This document shows, in pieces, positions 52,985 to 64,000 of a stretch of 64,000 bases of DNA. The notes beneath the pieces are model-generated. The model ran no database searches, had not been told where the DNA came from, and saw only the letters and a list, made by a program, of their open reading frames with translations. Origin of the DNA: Mobula hypostoma. Lineage: Eukaryota. The DNA lies in contig NC_086097.1 of the NCBI RefSeq assembly GCF_963921235.1, positions 100,132,001-100,196,000 of the forward strand, in the 5' to 3' direction. Position numbers and translations under genes: made by a program. Numbering within the stretch: position 1 is the stretch's first letter; every line of letters starts with the position of its first letter.

Positions 52985-53385
52985 GGGAATTGGTTTACTG
53001 TTTTCACGTGTACTGACATGTGCTGAAAAGCTATTGTTTGCATGCCATCCAGACAGATAATTTCAAAACATAAGTATGCTAAGGTAGTACAAAAGGAAAA
53101 TCAATAACAGAGTGCAGAATATAATATTACAGGTACAATGAAAGTGCAATGTAGTTATACAATAAGGTTGGATGGAAGATCAAGAGTTCATTTTTATTGA
53201 GGTCAAGAGTTATCTTTATCATACAAAAGGTCCATGCAAGAGCCCTGTAACAGTGGGGTAGAAGCTGCCCTCGAACCTGGTGGTGTGTTCTCAAGCTTTT
53301 CTATCTTCTGTCCAATGGAGAAATGGAGAAGAGAGAATGTTAAGGGTGGGAGAGGTCTTTGGGTGTGTTGACTGCTTTCCTGAGG
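52985..53385 (-). mobile_element. Rex1/Babar-like LINE 3' fragment
   Basis: Similar to the reverse complement of the 39.3-kb and 43.7-kb copies (GTAGAAGCTG...CAAGCTTTTCTATCTTCTGTCC...CTGCTTTCCTGAGG). Confidence 0.65.
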
Positions 53386-53474
53386 TAATGGAAGTTAAAT
53401 CGGAACCAGATCCCTGCCTGCAGGGTCGATATGAAACAGACTGCGGAGGAGAGTTGGAATGGCTCTGTGGAAAT

Positions 53475-53662
53475 AAGAAAATGGTGGAGGAACTCAGCAG
53501 GCCAGGCAGCATCTTTGAGTAAAAGTACAGTGGAGGTCTCGGCCTGAAACGATAACTGTTTACTCTTTTCCACAGGTGCCACCGGGCCTGCTGAGTTCCT
53601 CCAGCGTTTTGTGTGTGTTGCTCAGATTTCCAGTATCTGCAGATTTTCTCTTGCTTATGACC
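53475..53662. mobile_element. Imperfect palindromic Penelope-like insertion with TSD
   Basis: TGGAGGAACTCAGCAGGCC arm pairs with GGCCTGCTGAGTTCCTCCA arm; CTGTGGAAAT at 53,465-74 and 53,663-72 (extends to 15 bp with 2 mismatches). Confidence 0.8.
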
Positions 53663-53754
53663 CTGTGGAAATTTGATTTGTGATGAAGAACTATCCGGTT
53701 GAGCGTATTTTCATTGGAACAAAGGAGTCTGAGGGAAGATTTAATTTACAGAAT

Positions 53755-54330
53755 GGTTTAGCCATTCAGCCCATTAAGTTAAGTCTGCGCTGACTCTTTT
53801 GTGAGAACAGACCCACCTGTCCCACTTACTTTCTCCCATAGCTCTGCAAATTCTGATAGTTATCCAGCTCCCTTTTGAACGCAGAAGTTGAAACAGCTTT
53901 CACAACTCAACCAACAGTCCATCCCACACCACAACTACTTGTTGCATAAAAACATTTTTTTCTGAATTCTAGCTTTGATCTTCTTTCCCCACCAAATAAC
54001 ATTGTGTCTCCTAGCTCTTAACATTTCCCTAATAGGAACAGTTTCTGTCCAACTATTCTGTCTGATAGTCATGATGGTAACTACCTGTATCAGATCTGCC
54101 TGCAAGTTCCTGTGTGCTATGGACAGCAGGCTGAGCTCCAGTGCATTCAAATAACTATCCCTTATTCCTGCAATCAGTTTGGTTAATCTGCTCTGCACCC
54201 TCGTCAAAACCGTCACATATCTCCCCAAAATGTGGTGTCCGCAGATGGACACAATATTCCAGTGGCTTTGTAAAAGTTTATCATATTTTTATAGCCTTAT
54301 ACACAATGCATCTCATTATAAAACCCGGCA
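53755..54330 (-). mobile_element. CR1 3' end fragment
   Basis: Minus-strand translation LTRVQSRLTKLIAG...LELSL...RNLQADLIQV...ARRHN, typical of the CR1 ORF2 end. Confidence 0.7.
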
Positions 54331-54336
54331 TCCCAT

Positions 54337-54715
54337 ATTTGGGTGTCAGGGTGGAGATGCGTCTCTACCAAAGGAGGTGTAAGGTGCTCCTTCCCTCTGC
54401 CAGCCTGCAGGTCACCCTTGGGCACAGTGTAACATCTGCTTAGCCCCCGATCAGGGTCATGTGAAGCCCTGGGAGCAGGTGGTGGATGGTCGTGTGAGTA
54501 ACTGGTACATGTCATAAGTCCTGGTTATGTGACCGCTGACGCAAAGCAGACAATCTCTGAAGAGTATTGATAATGGCTGGGGTCACCCAACTTGTAAAGA
54601 CACTGCCCAGACGAAGGGAATGGCAAACCACTTCTGTAGAAATTTCTGCCAAGAACAAGTATGGTGAAAGATCGTGATAGCCTATGTCATACGACAAGGC
54701 ACGTAATGATGATGA
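54337..54715 (+). mobile_element. RTE-related short non-autonomous retroelement inserted in CR1
   Basis: Contains GAAGGGAATGGCAAACCACTTCTGTAG...TGCCAAGAA, resembling the RTE/BovB-type conserved box, and ends in a (TGA)n tail. Confidence 0.6.
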
Positions 54716-55339
54716 GGATCCCCATGCACTTTTATAACCAGTTCCCTGTCCTGCCACAGTCAACAAGCGAGGCTCATACTCTCCAAGATTTTTTGGTTCA
54801 CTTCCCTTTTTGAATTACATTTTAAAAAATACATTTGGCCTCTTCTCTTCCTTCCGAGCAAAATATTGTATCTCCATTCTAATCAAAAGTGAGAGGGAGG
54901 AAGGCTGGAGCCATTCGCTCTTGACAGGCCAATAACTGGGGAGGAAATTTAAACTAAAAGGATTTGTAAAGGGGCGTAAATCACAAAAAGTGGTGGCGGT
55001 CTGAACCTCTGCACGAAATGGTGACCAAGGAAAAAAAGCCTTCATGTCTAAAAATTATCTTTATGACATTCAAAGAGCCGTAGCACAAAGGACTGTGGAT
55101 CAAGAGCTGGGGAATAGATTTTACTTGACTAGATCCAGTTTTTGCTTGTCTTCCTTTGATAGACCAAATTCCACCACCACTGCTGTTTTGAAAACAAACT
55201 ATCAGTGTATTCTCAAAGGTCCCATTTATCTAGCTTTGTTTATGTCTTCAAGGGATTTCTGCTATATTGCTGCTGCAAACTTCAGGTTCTTCTACTCCTT
55301 CCCCAACTTTAAAGTTGCTGTGTCGCGGTGAGCGTTATG

Positions 55340-55800
55340 TTAAGTTTATTGTCAGGGGTACAAGTATAGTGAGGTACAGGCGCAATGAAAATTTTGCTTG
55401 CAGGCATGTAGATACAAACAACACACAAAACATTAATTATTGATGTGAAGAAAAACTTTGCAAACAAAGCCACAAGCAGAGACAAGCCCAATGTAGTGCA
55501 AGAGGTGGTCTGTGTGTTCCATTGCTGAGGTAGGGTAGGATTGTGTGGGTCAGTTCCAGAACATGTAGGCTGTTGCAAAGTAGCTGTCCCTGAACCTGAT
55601 GGTGAGGGGCTTCAGGCTTCTGCATCTTCTCCTGGATGGTAGCAGCAAGAGGAGAGCATGACCGGGGTAGTGGGGATCATAGATAAAGATGTCGTTTTCT
55701 TGATGTAGCACCTCCTGTAGCTGCTGTCAGTGATGGGGAGGGCTGTGCCTGTGATGGACTGGGCTTTGTCCGCTGCTCTCTGCAGCTTTTAGAACTGCTG
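55340..55800 (-). mobile_element. Rex1/Babar-like LINE 3' fragment
   Basis: GTAGCTGTCCCTGAACCTGATGGTG...CTTCAGGCTTCTGCATCTTCTCCTGGATGG, preceded by the reverse-complemented tail (AAGTTTATTGTC). Confidence 0.6.
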
Positions 55801-55949
55801 TACTAGGCCACGATGTGCCTCGTCAAGGTACTTTCCTGGATAAAAATATGAAAGATCGGCAATCTGATTGTCTTTCTTCTCTTTTCACAGATACTCTGTG
55901 GCCTGCTGAGCAGTTTCTGCATTTTGTTTTGTTCTGTCATTGGAAATAT

Positions 55950-56250
55950 GAACAATTAGGAGCAGACGCCAACACTTGCAGCATTCATTTAGGTCACGAG
56001 TGATCTGATTGTAGCATTCCTGTCTACCCACGATAACCTTTCACTCCCCCTGCTTATTAACCACCTCTGCTTTCAGAATATTCAATGACTCACTCCTTCA
56101 GTGAAAGCAAAATTCTAAAGACTGACAGCCCTCTGAGGGGAAAATGCGCCTCATCTTTGTCTCAAATCTGCGACCTTTTATTTTGTAAACAGTGAACTCG
56201 ACTTCTAAATTCTTCCACATCCACCCTGTCGAGATCCCTGAGGAACTCGA
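55950..56250 (-). mobile_element. CR1 3' end fragment
   Basis: Minus-strand translation YKIKGRRFETKMRRIF, similar to the CR1 ORF2 terminus, plus UTR-like sequence. Confidence 0.55.
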
Positions 56251-56657
56251 GTGTTTCAAATCAGTATTATGATGCGAAGCAACCCCTCTCCTCCACACCT
56301 GATCGTATACGGCCTTTTAGTTTATGCTAGTACCTCTCCAGGCAGCCCATTTAAACAGCCAGAGCCATCACGGATCAGCATAATTTTAGAACTAGCCCAA
56401 GAGCAGTAATTGGTGTGGGCAGATTACTGCATGCTGCCGTACCTCCAGTCACAGAGCTGACGTTGACATCCCTGGATCCCCCGTTGTTTTGGTGGAACCA
56501 GACAGTAGCTGCTGCTGTAGAGTTAATTCATCACTAACTTGAAATAGTCAGTTCAATTTTCCACTGGCTAATAATCCTCTTTTAGAATATGATGTTGTTA
56601 TGGGGAAGTTCTGTAGAATAAATTGCAAGAAATTGACATTTTTTTGAGACTAATTGC

Positions 56658-57656
56658 CAGCTGTGCCTACTTTGACAAACTCTGCTGACAGGGCTTATTG
56701 TTGGCCACAACTGGAATTGGATGTAGAAATACCTTCGCCATGGTTGTGCCATTTAAAGGAGTTGATCTGTCCCCTGTTACGTCAACAATGGCATTCAACT
56801 AGAACAATGTCTTTGCTAGTGCAGATATTTGCTTACTGTTTTCTAGTCTTCCAGTTCCTGTCCGTAGGGCCTCGTGCACAACAAAGGCAGGTGATTTTAT
56901 GGTGACCTTCAGAATCCCTAGACCCTGTTTCACAGAGGAATCCAAAGCTGTTAGTCAAGGAAATGCATTTCAGGTACAATATTCTTATGTACTGAGAAAA
57001 GAGCTTAGTAATCTGCAACCTGAAAAATGTTGTGCGTCAGTAACTGGAAATATTATTCTACACTGCAAAGTAAAACTTCAGAGCACGGTTTGACTATCAG
57101 TCATTTCCTTTATTTTTCATAACTTTGCCCAATTGCTTTTGCAGAGACTGAGTAGCATATTTGAATGCCTAGAACTTGTTTCACGATGACAGTGTTGTAA
57201 GGCATTGGAATTTGACTTAGAGTGTCATATAGACCAGGGTTCAATGAATTCCTTTGCTCCTGTGACTCTCAGCAAGTAAACAGTAACATGTGAAACACCC
57301 AAGTGTTGGTGCACTGATTGTAGTTGCAATCTAAAGCAGAGCAAAAAGAAATGCTGAAGTGACAATAATGGAAGAGGTAGAATTAGATTTGAGATGGTGG
57401 CAGCGCCAGTGGGAAGCGGGTGTGAAAGGGCTGATTTGTTCAGAAGTCTGACAGCAGTGGGTCTGGTCACCTGAATGGACTCCAAATATCTGCACTATTA
57501 AAGACATTGTTCCAGTTGAATGCCATTGTTGATGTAACAGGGGACAGATCAACTCCTTTAAACGGCACAACCACGGTGAACGTATTCCTACATCCAATTC
57601 CAATTGTGGCCAACAATAAGCCCTGACAGCAGAGTTTGTCAAAGTAGGCACAGCTG
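56658..57656. repeat. 174-bp inverted repeat pair (56,658-56,831 and 57,483-57,656)
   Basis: Manual alignment gives 11 substitutions and no indels in 174 bp; also visible as the near-identical ORFs 56654+ and 57331-. Confidence 0.92.
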
Positions 57657-60402
57657 AAGTTGTCACTGTTTAAGAGCTGGTGTTGTAATGGAACCACCAC
57701 CACCCCCTGTACCCAAAACTCTGATCTGATCTGTCACTGGCGCTCCTTGCACCAAATGAATCGAGTCATGGTCACCTGAATGGACTGCTGTCAAGTTCTT
57801 CTGTTTATTGCTGGTGTCTATTGTCCATCGCTGACTACCCCTCAGATGCAGAGGTAGTTAAGGATCGACCTTGTTGGTGGGTCTGGGTAAATATAGAAAA
57901 TTTTTTCTTCCTATTCTCCAGACCAATTTAATAATTCCAGAATTATTTATTTCCCAACTGCCTAGGTGGTAATTGAGCTCTCATCTCTGGATTAGAGATC
58001 GTTCGTACTGGCTTAGTGACTTAGCCATTGCCAGTTGTCCCTTCTTGGATATTGTTTCTGTTCTGTTGAAGTTATTCAGAATCAGAATTATTATGTCTAA
58101 GATCACTGATCATTTCTGACTGAGATTTATTTCAACTGTTGCTGGCAGCCAGGAACCAAAAACAGAAGATGCTGGCAATATTTGCACCTATGCATTGAAA
58201 TGTACCTTTTGCCTTTGCATCAAATTAGATCAGTGAGGATCGTGCAGGGCAGCTGCAAGTGTCACCACAATTCCGGCCCCCACGTGGCACGCCCACAACT
58301 CACTGACTCGAATTGTATCTCTTTGGAACGCTGTTTAAATGACATACTCTTAGAAGCAGGTCCTTTGCCCAGTTCACCTGTATTGCCAGTTCGCTAATTT
58401 CATATGCCTGTATTTGGCCCAAAATCCTAGTCCATGTAACTCAGGCCTCCAAGTCCAGGCCACATCCTGGCAAATATTTTCTGCACTTTTTCAAGTTTAA
58501 GAACATTTTTGTATAACAGGCCTCCTACATCTCATACAATGGTGACATTACGTCCCAAACTCTGACACTCAGTGCCCTGACTAATGAAGGCCAGGCCAGT
58601 GTGCTAAATGTGATCAGCCATTGGTGACTGGGTGTGGTTGGGCAGTGGACCTTTGATCTGCCGGTTGTGCGATGACCCTACCTGTTGCAAGCTGTTTAGC
58701 ACATGACCAGCCTCGTGTTGCTTTTCTCCAAGCTGGCACCACTTGAGAACACTTGGTGCTACTTGCAGCTTGCCCCTTCACACCTCATTGAACCAGGCTT
58801 GATCTTGTAACGTGTAGTGAGGGGTATGTCAAGGGATAGGTCACAGATTGTGGTGCCGTACATTTCCGCCGCTGTCAGCGCTCCACAGCAGCCCATGAAT
58901 GCCCAGGTCTTCGTCCACGTTTGTTGTGCATCTGCCCCACTGATCACAATGGAAAGTGATCATGGGAGAGACAAGCACCAACAAGATCTGGCTCTGTACT
59001 TCCCTGGCCTAACTGCAAATAGTGCTGCATTTTAATTTGCAGATTTTAGTAATCGGTGGCATTAGGAAGGGAGTAAATTTTGTGCTGTTATAAAATGGTG
59101 TTTAGAGCTTTCTTACCATCTGCATGGATTTGGGAAAGAGCTGCTCACAGACTTGTTGGGCAACTCGACAAGGCTGGGTTAGCTCTGCTGTGTCATTCTC
59201 TTAGGGCCAAATGTACTGCAGAGAAAGAGACAGACTGCTGGCAGTGCACTAATACAGCTGCTAAAGCCAGCCTGCGTTTGTATCTCACTTGGGATGGAGG
59301 TGGTGTGCGTTGTGACTGCCTACTCATATTCACCAGCCCATTCTGAAGGTCACTTTGTCACTGCAGACTGGAGTATTTGTATTCCAACTTGATGCCTACA
59401 GATCATACCGAATGTTGGTATCTCTCACGGAATCAACGGTTATTATGAACTGAATAGAGTGTCTGTGTTAATGACCTATGAAGTAATTATTTTGCTATCC
59501 CTGTTACTTTATTAGCTGCTTTTGTCTTGCCACTTTACCTTTTGTTGTACGTAGCCAATTTGCTTCGTACTCAGAAAAAAATCCATGCTGTGAACAAAAG
59601 ACAGATTGGTCTGTTTCAGCTGGGTTATTCCAGTACTGAGACCCCAGGGAGAAAGAGATTTGTCGAGAGCTGCTCTGGAGAAGGCGAGAGCGAGCACATC
59701 AGCTTGCAAGTGGACAGCATGTCCTGAAATAAATTCATTCTCGCCTGACACAAAGATCTTTCATTTCCCCCTTCTAACATTTTATGCTATGATTTGCGAA
59801 CAACCTCTCCAAAGAAGCTACATATTTATGCATAAATATTTAATGCTTACAAATGCATGGATCATAGTGGCAAATAGCTGAAGGAATTTAGTGTATGCAA
59901 ATCAGATATTCACTTTCATTGCATAGATTGGAAAGTTATTGCCTTGAATGGAGGATGATCTTGTACTGACATTTTTAACCTATTCTTGAGCAGTAATCTG
60001 CACATGGGTTTGAAAAAAAAGAGCTCCTGTAAACTGCCTGGTGTTCAGTTTTGTATGGGCATTCTTTCAATAATGGCTTGCTCTGAATAAAGCCAAGCAT
60101 GTAATGGGTGTGTTTTAGAAAAGAAATCAGCAGATTTTTTGCCAGTTTTCTCTTCAAATTGTTGGTATCATCTTTGCTTTCTTGATCTTGGCTTCCTTCA
60201 AAATCCAAAGGGGTAGGAGATGCTCCCACCATTCCTCCCTCTTCTCCCCCACCCCAACCCCTACCCATTCTGCCCCTGTGCATTACAGAATACTCAGCCT
60301 CTGCACAGAATACTGGAGCTGTAGTTTTCACAGTTCCTTTTGACTGCAAACTTCAAGCTACTGTCCTCCGCTCACTCTCCATTGCCCATGATCTTTTACC
60401 AA

Positions 60403-60646
60403 TGGGACAGCACGTTGGTGTAATGGTTAGCACAATGGCTTAAAGCATCGGTAACCCAGGTTCAATTCCCACCACTGCCTGTAAGGAGTTTGTATGTACT
60501 CTGGTTTCCTCCTACAGTCCAGAGGTTGATTGTTAATTGAAAATTGTCCCATGATTAGGCTAGGATTAAATCAGGGGATTGCTGGGTGGCGTGTCTCAAA
60601 GAGGCAGAAGGGTCTATTCTGGGCTGTATCTCAATAAATAAATAAA
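60403..60646 (+). mobile_element. V-SINE
   Basis: A-box-like TGGTGTAATGGTTAG, B-box GGTTCAATTCC, core CTGTAAGGAGTTTGTATGT...GGTTTCCTCCTACAGTCCA, (AATA)n tail. Confidence 0.75.
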
Positions 60647-61965
60647 CTGTAAAAGGTAAACCCTAATGCGAAAAAGGAAGGGTTAAAGATGGCCAATTGG
60701 CAAAGTGTAGTGAAACAGTGTTCTCCGGGAATCAGTGATGGGATCACTTTGGCTTGTTCAGGAATCGGAGGTATAATCTGCAGATTTGTTGACCACTCTA
60801 AATTGTGTGTGAATGCAACTTATTTAATTTGGAGCAGGACTGTGGAGATGGGATATTTATATTGATTTCTCTGCCAGTTACAAAAGGATGGGAAGGTGCA
60901 TTTTTTGTAGCTTGAAAAATATAGATGCAAAATTGGGTTCTTCGGTGGCGGGGTGGGGGGAGAGCAGATCATCTGGAGGGCAATTTGTGCATTGATATTT
61001 TGGTAAGGATGGCATTGTACGTGTCACTGTTTAAATGGGATTGGGGCTAGCAGGGAGGATGCTGTGGTTGGCATCGACCAGTTGGCTGAAGGACCTGTTT
61101 CTGCACTCAATGACTCTATGGCATTGGGGAGAATGGGGCAAGGAGAGAACTCCATTAGGTTACCATGTAGTGGAGGAGGGAAGGGGCTTTCAGCAAGATG
61201 TTCTGTCCGTGGATGGTATTTAGGAAGCACATCTCAGCAGGGAGCAATAACTGAAGAGTCCAGATCTGCCAGGGGTGATGGGACAAGAGACAACCTCAAC
61301 AGAGGCAATCAACATGGCAAAAGCCAAGGCACTCAAGATAACAGTTTCTATGTATCTGGGACTTCTTAGGCTTGTGCAAGGCTAGTATAAGAATGAAAAA
61401 CAGAAGTGGGAGCAGGTCATTCATTCTCTCTCCTCTAATAAGATCTTAGTTCACCTTTCACTTTGGCATCACTTTCTTGCTCTGCCACCATGTCCTTAAG
61501 ATCCAAAACTCCGTTAGTCTCCATACCAAGTGAGCATTCACAGCCCTTTTGCGCAGAGAGGTCCAAAGAGTCAGAGCCCTCTTCTCACCTCAGTTTTGAA
61601 TGGCTAACCCCATAAACATGATTCTAGACGTCCCAGCCAGTGGAACTGTCATTTCTGCCTCTCGCCATTATGAGGTCAGGCCGCATCTGCGGGAAGAGAA
61701 GGTCAATGTTCAGGTCATAGAACTTTTGTCAGGAAACAAAAGACGCCGTAAAGCTGCAGGAGTGGTCGTTGTAGGTGGGGTGGGGAGAGACGGGGGGTGG
61801 GGGGGAACGTCTCTGATATAGTGAGACCAGAGTATCATGGGATAAACTGTAAGCAAAGTTACCTGGTTAGTGAGTAAACAGGATCACTCTCTCTCACTTA
61901 CGAAATGCAGAAACAGAAGAACTTCTGCTCCTTTTTCAACAGGATCACCTCTCATTTATCCAAAC

Positions 61966-62045
61966 CAAATGTTTGCAATGTGGAGTCCATGGGCCCCTCA
62001 GTTAATGGTAGGTGTTCATGGCATGAAAAAATTTGGGAACCTCTA
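61966..62045 (+). mobile_element. hAT/Charlie-type MITE, degenerate
   Basis: Body GTCCATGGGCCCCTCAGTTAATGGTAGG matches 48,032-82; ends TTGGGAACCTCT; imperfect 8-bp flanks ATCCAAAC / ATATAAAC. Confidence 0.55.
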
Positions 62046-62609
62046 ATATAAACCATTGGTTCTGGAAGCAGGCCTGAAATCCTCGAGTGGATTGCTATTG
62101 AATCAACACCATCTGCAGACTTGTTAGTGACCTATTTGGTTAAATAGTCGAGCCATCTGAAAAAAGTTAAATCACTGACCTAAGGCCCTGTCTGCTTACT
62201 CTTCTCGTACGACAGACTTAGTGTTCCAGGAATCCAGCTGGTGAACCTTTGCTGTTACTGGCCTTGGACCCTGCAATGGTCAACACTTGGTTGCTCGAGA
62301 GCCTTTGGACTAGGCCTTGTGCAGCAACCATTTTGTGCTGCAAGAGGAGGAGTGTGCTGGTTGTGCTAGACTGAGTGTGCTTGCCATAATGAATGGCAAC
62401 GTGTTCACAGTATGAGCTGAGTTTGAGGCTTGCAGCTGTGAGAAATGTCTCACCGCCTTAATGGATGTATGTGAGGTCCCGGCCCTGACCTGAATGGCAA
62501 CTGTGGGTAGCTGTGTGATGGGGTGGTGGTCACTGCACTGCTGGTATATTGCTTCCAATAAATGTGAGCTTGCAAAGCAGTTAAACTTGTTAATGATAAG
62601 CCTGAGGAG

Positions 62610-62975
62610 TTCTGCAGATGCTGGAAATCCATAGCAACACAGATAAAACGCAGGAGGAACTCAACAGGTCAGGTAGCATCTATGGAAACGAATAAACATG
62701 AAGTTTTAGGCCAAGACCCTTCCTCAGAACTAGAAAGGAAGAGGGAAGATGCCAGAATAAAAAGGTGGGAAAACGGGAAGGAGGACTAGCTAGAAGGTGA
62801 TAGGTGAAGCCAAGTGGGTGGAAAAGGTTAAAGGGCTGGAGAGAAAGGAATTTGATAGGAGAGGACTGTGGTCCTTGGGAGAAGGAGAGGCACTGGGGGG
62901 TGGGGTGATAGGCAAGTGAGGAGAAGAGGTAAGAGGCCATAGTGATGAATAGAAGAAAAGAGAAAGGGGGGGAGC
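62610..62975 (-). mobile_element. Longer Penelope-like 3' terminal fragment
   Basis: Family tail TCTGCAGATGCTGGAAATCC...GGAGGAACTCAACAGGTCAGG, decayed hammerhead region, then about 250 bp of purine-rich body. Confidence 0.7.
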
Positions 62976-63229
62976 GGAATCAGGCATGGTGGTTGTCAGA
63001 GGGCAGCAGAGATCACAGAGAGGGAGCAGTAACAGAGGGTGTCACTGAATTCCTGTCGATAAGAAGACTGAAATTTCAAGCCCTATCCATAGCCTTAGGG
63101 CTTGCCTCCCTGTATTTGATTGACTCACCAGCTCTTGGTCTACCTCACTGATTGCAAGGTCGTTCAGACCTTCTGTCAGTGTGAGTCATACTTCACCTGA
63201 CATACCAAGATTTGAAAAGCCACATCAGA

Positions 63230-64000
63230 AAAGCCATTGCTGAAAAATCCGTCCCTTGTCAGTGGATTGATGGAGTACCTGGTAGGGCACTGAAAACCTG
63301 TGCCAAACACTGCCAGTGGTGTTCAAGGACACCTTCAATCTCTCACTGCTGCAGTCGGAGACTCCCACCTGCTTTGGAAGGGTGACAGTCATACCAGTGC
63401 CCAGGAAGAGCAGTTTGAGCTGCCTCAGTGACCAACACCCAGTTGCACTCACATCTACTGTGATGAAGTCTTTGTGAGGTTGGTCACGGCCAGAATCAAC
63501 TCCTGCCTGAGCAAGGCCTGGAGTTGCTGCAATTCCCCTATCGCCACAATAATCTGCAGTGGATACAATCTCACTGGCTCTCCACCCAGCCTGGAATCAC
63601 CTGGACAATAGCAATGCCTGCCTCAGGCTGCTGTTTATTGACTACAGCTCAGCATTCAACTCAATCGTACCCTCAGTTCTAATCAACAAGCTGCAAAACC
63701 TGGGGCTCTGCAACTGGATCCTTGACTTCTCACTGGGAGACCTCAATCTCTGTGGATCAGAAAGAACATCTCACTGACAATCAACAGTGGTGCACCATGA
63801 GAACGTGTGCTTAGCCCACTTCTCTGCTCTGCTCTCCACCCACAACTGAGGCTAGGCACAACTCAAATGCCATCTATAAGTTTGCTGATGACACAACGAT
63901 TGTTGATGAGGAGGTGCACAGGAGTGAGAAAGATCAGCTGGTTGAGTGGTGTTGCGATAACAATCTTGTACTCAGTGTCAGTAGGACCAAGGAATTGATT
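63230..64000 (+). mobile_element. Rex1/Babar-like non-LTR retrotransposon reverse-transcriptase fragment (frameshifted)
   Basis: FNLSLLQSETPTCF...IPVPRK...PVALTSTVMK...RLLFIDYSSAFNSI...NWILDF...GAP...VLSPLL...YKFADD motifs with stops and frameshifts. Confidence 0.88.

Noticed and set aside
56120..56140. CR1 origin of the satellite monomer (shared ACAGCCCTCT)
   Set aside because: A 10-bp match is too short to distinguish from chance.
59620..59710. Possible DPF exon 4 after TGTTTCAG
   Set aside because: No frame gives the expected KK.G...LEALL motif and there is no good donor; exon 4 is probably beyond the window.
60403..60480. tRNA gene
   Set aside because: A and B boxes are present but there is no cloverleaf, and it continues into a SINE body and tail.
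38522..63452. The many 60-130-aa ORFs in the non-satellite region
   Set aside because: They overlap TE remnants or random intronic sequence, with no recognisable host-protein homology apart from the DPF exons.
63559..63998. Functional reverse transcriptase gene
   Set aside because: Multiple frameshifts, deletions and stops; a dead LINE fragment.

Overview
Eukaryotic, vertebrate genomic DNA; the repeat repertoire suggests a cartilaginous fish, probably a ray (inference). Bases 1-~37,690 are one C-rich satellite array with a ~30-bp monomer (consensus CTACTCAACATTCCCTCAACAGCCCTCTCC, plus 27- and 29-bp variants), nested higher-order duplications and a 200-N scaffold gap at 19,727-19,926. All ORFs there are repeat artefacts. 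The remaining 26 kb is transposon-rich intronic DNA: CR1 and Rex1/Babar-like LINE fragments, V-SINEs, an RTE-related element, hAT and Tigger-type MITEs, a solo LTR and many Penelope-like termini. It holds two clean coding exons (49,697-49,857 and 50,778-50,885) of a d4/Requiem-family BAF subunit gene, most like DPF3; I found neither exon 1 nor exon 4. The most notable structures are a young 279-bp palindromic insertion with a 14-bp target-site duplication and a minimal hammerhead-ribozyme motif on each strand, 400 bp upstream of the first DPF exon; several relatives of that element; a 174-bp inverted duplication; and the possibility that the satellite lies inside DPF intron 1. I see no firm evidence of a wholly new system. 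The hammerhead-bearing palindromic retro-insertions are the best lead.
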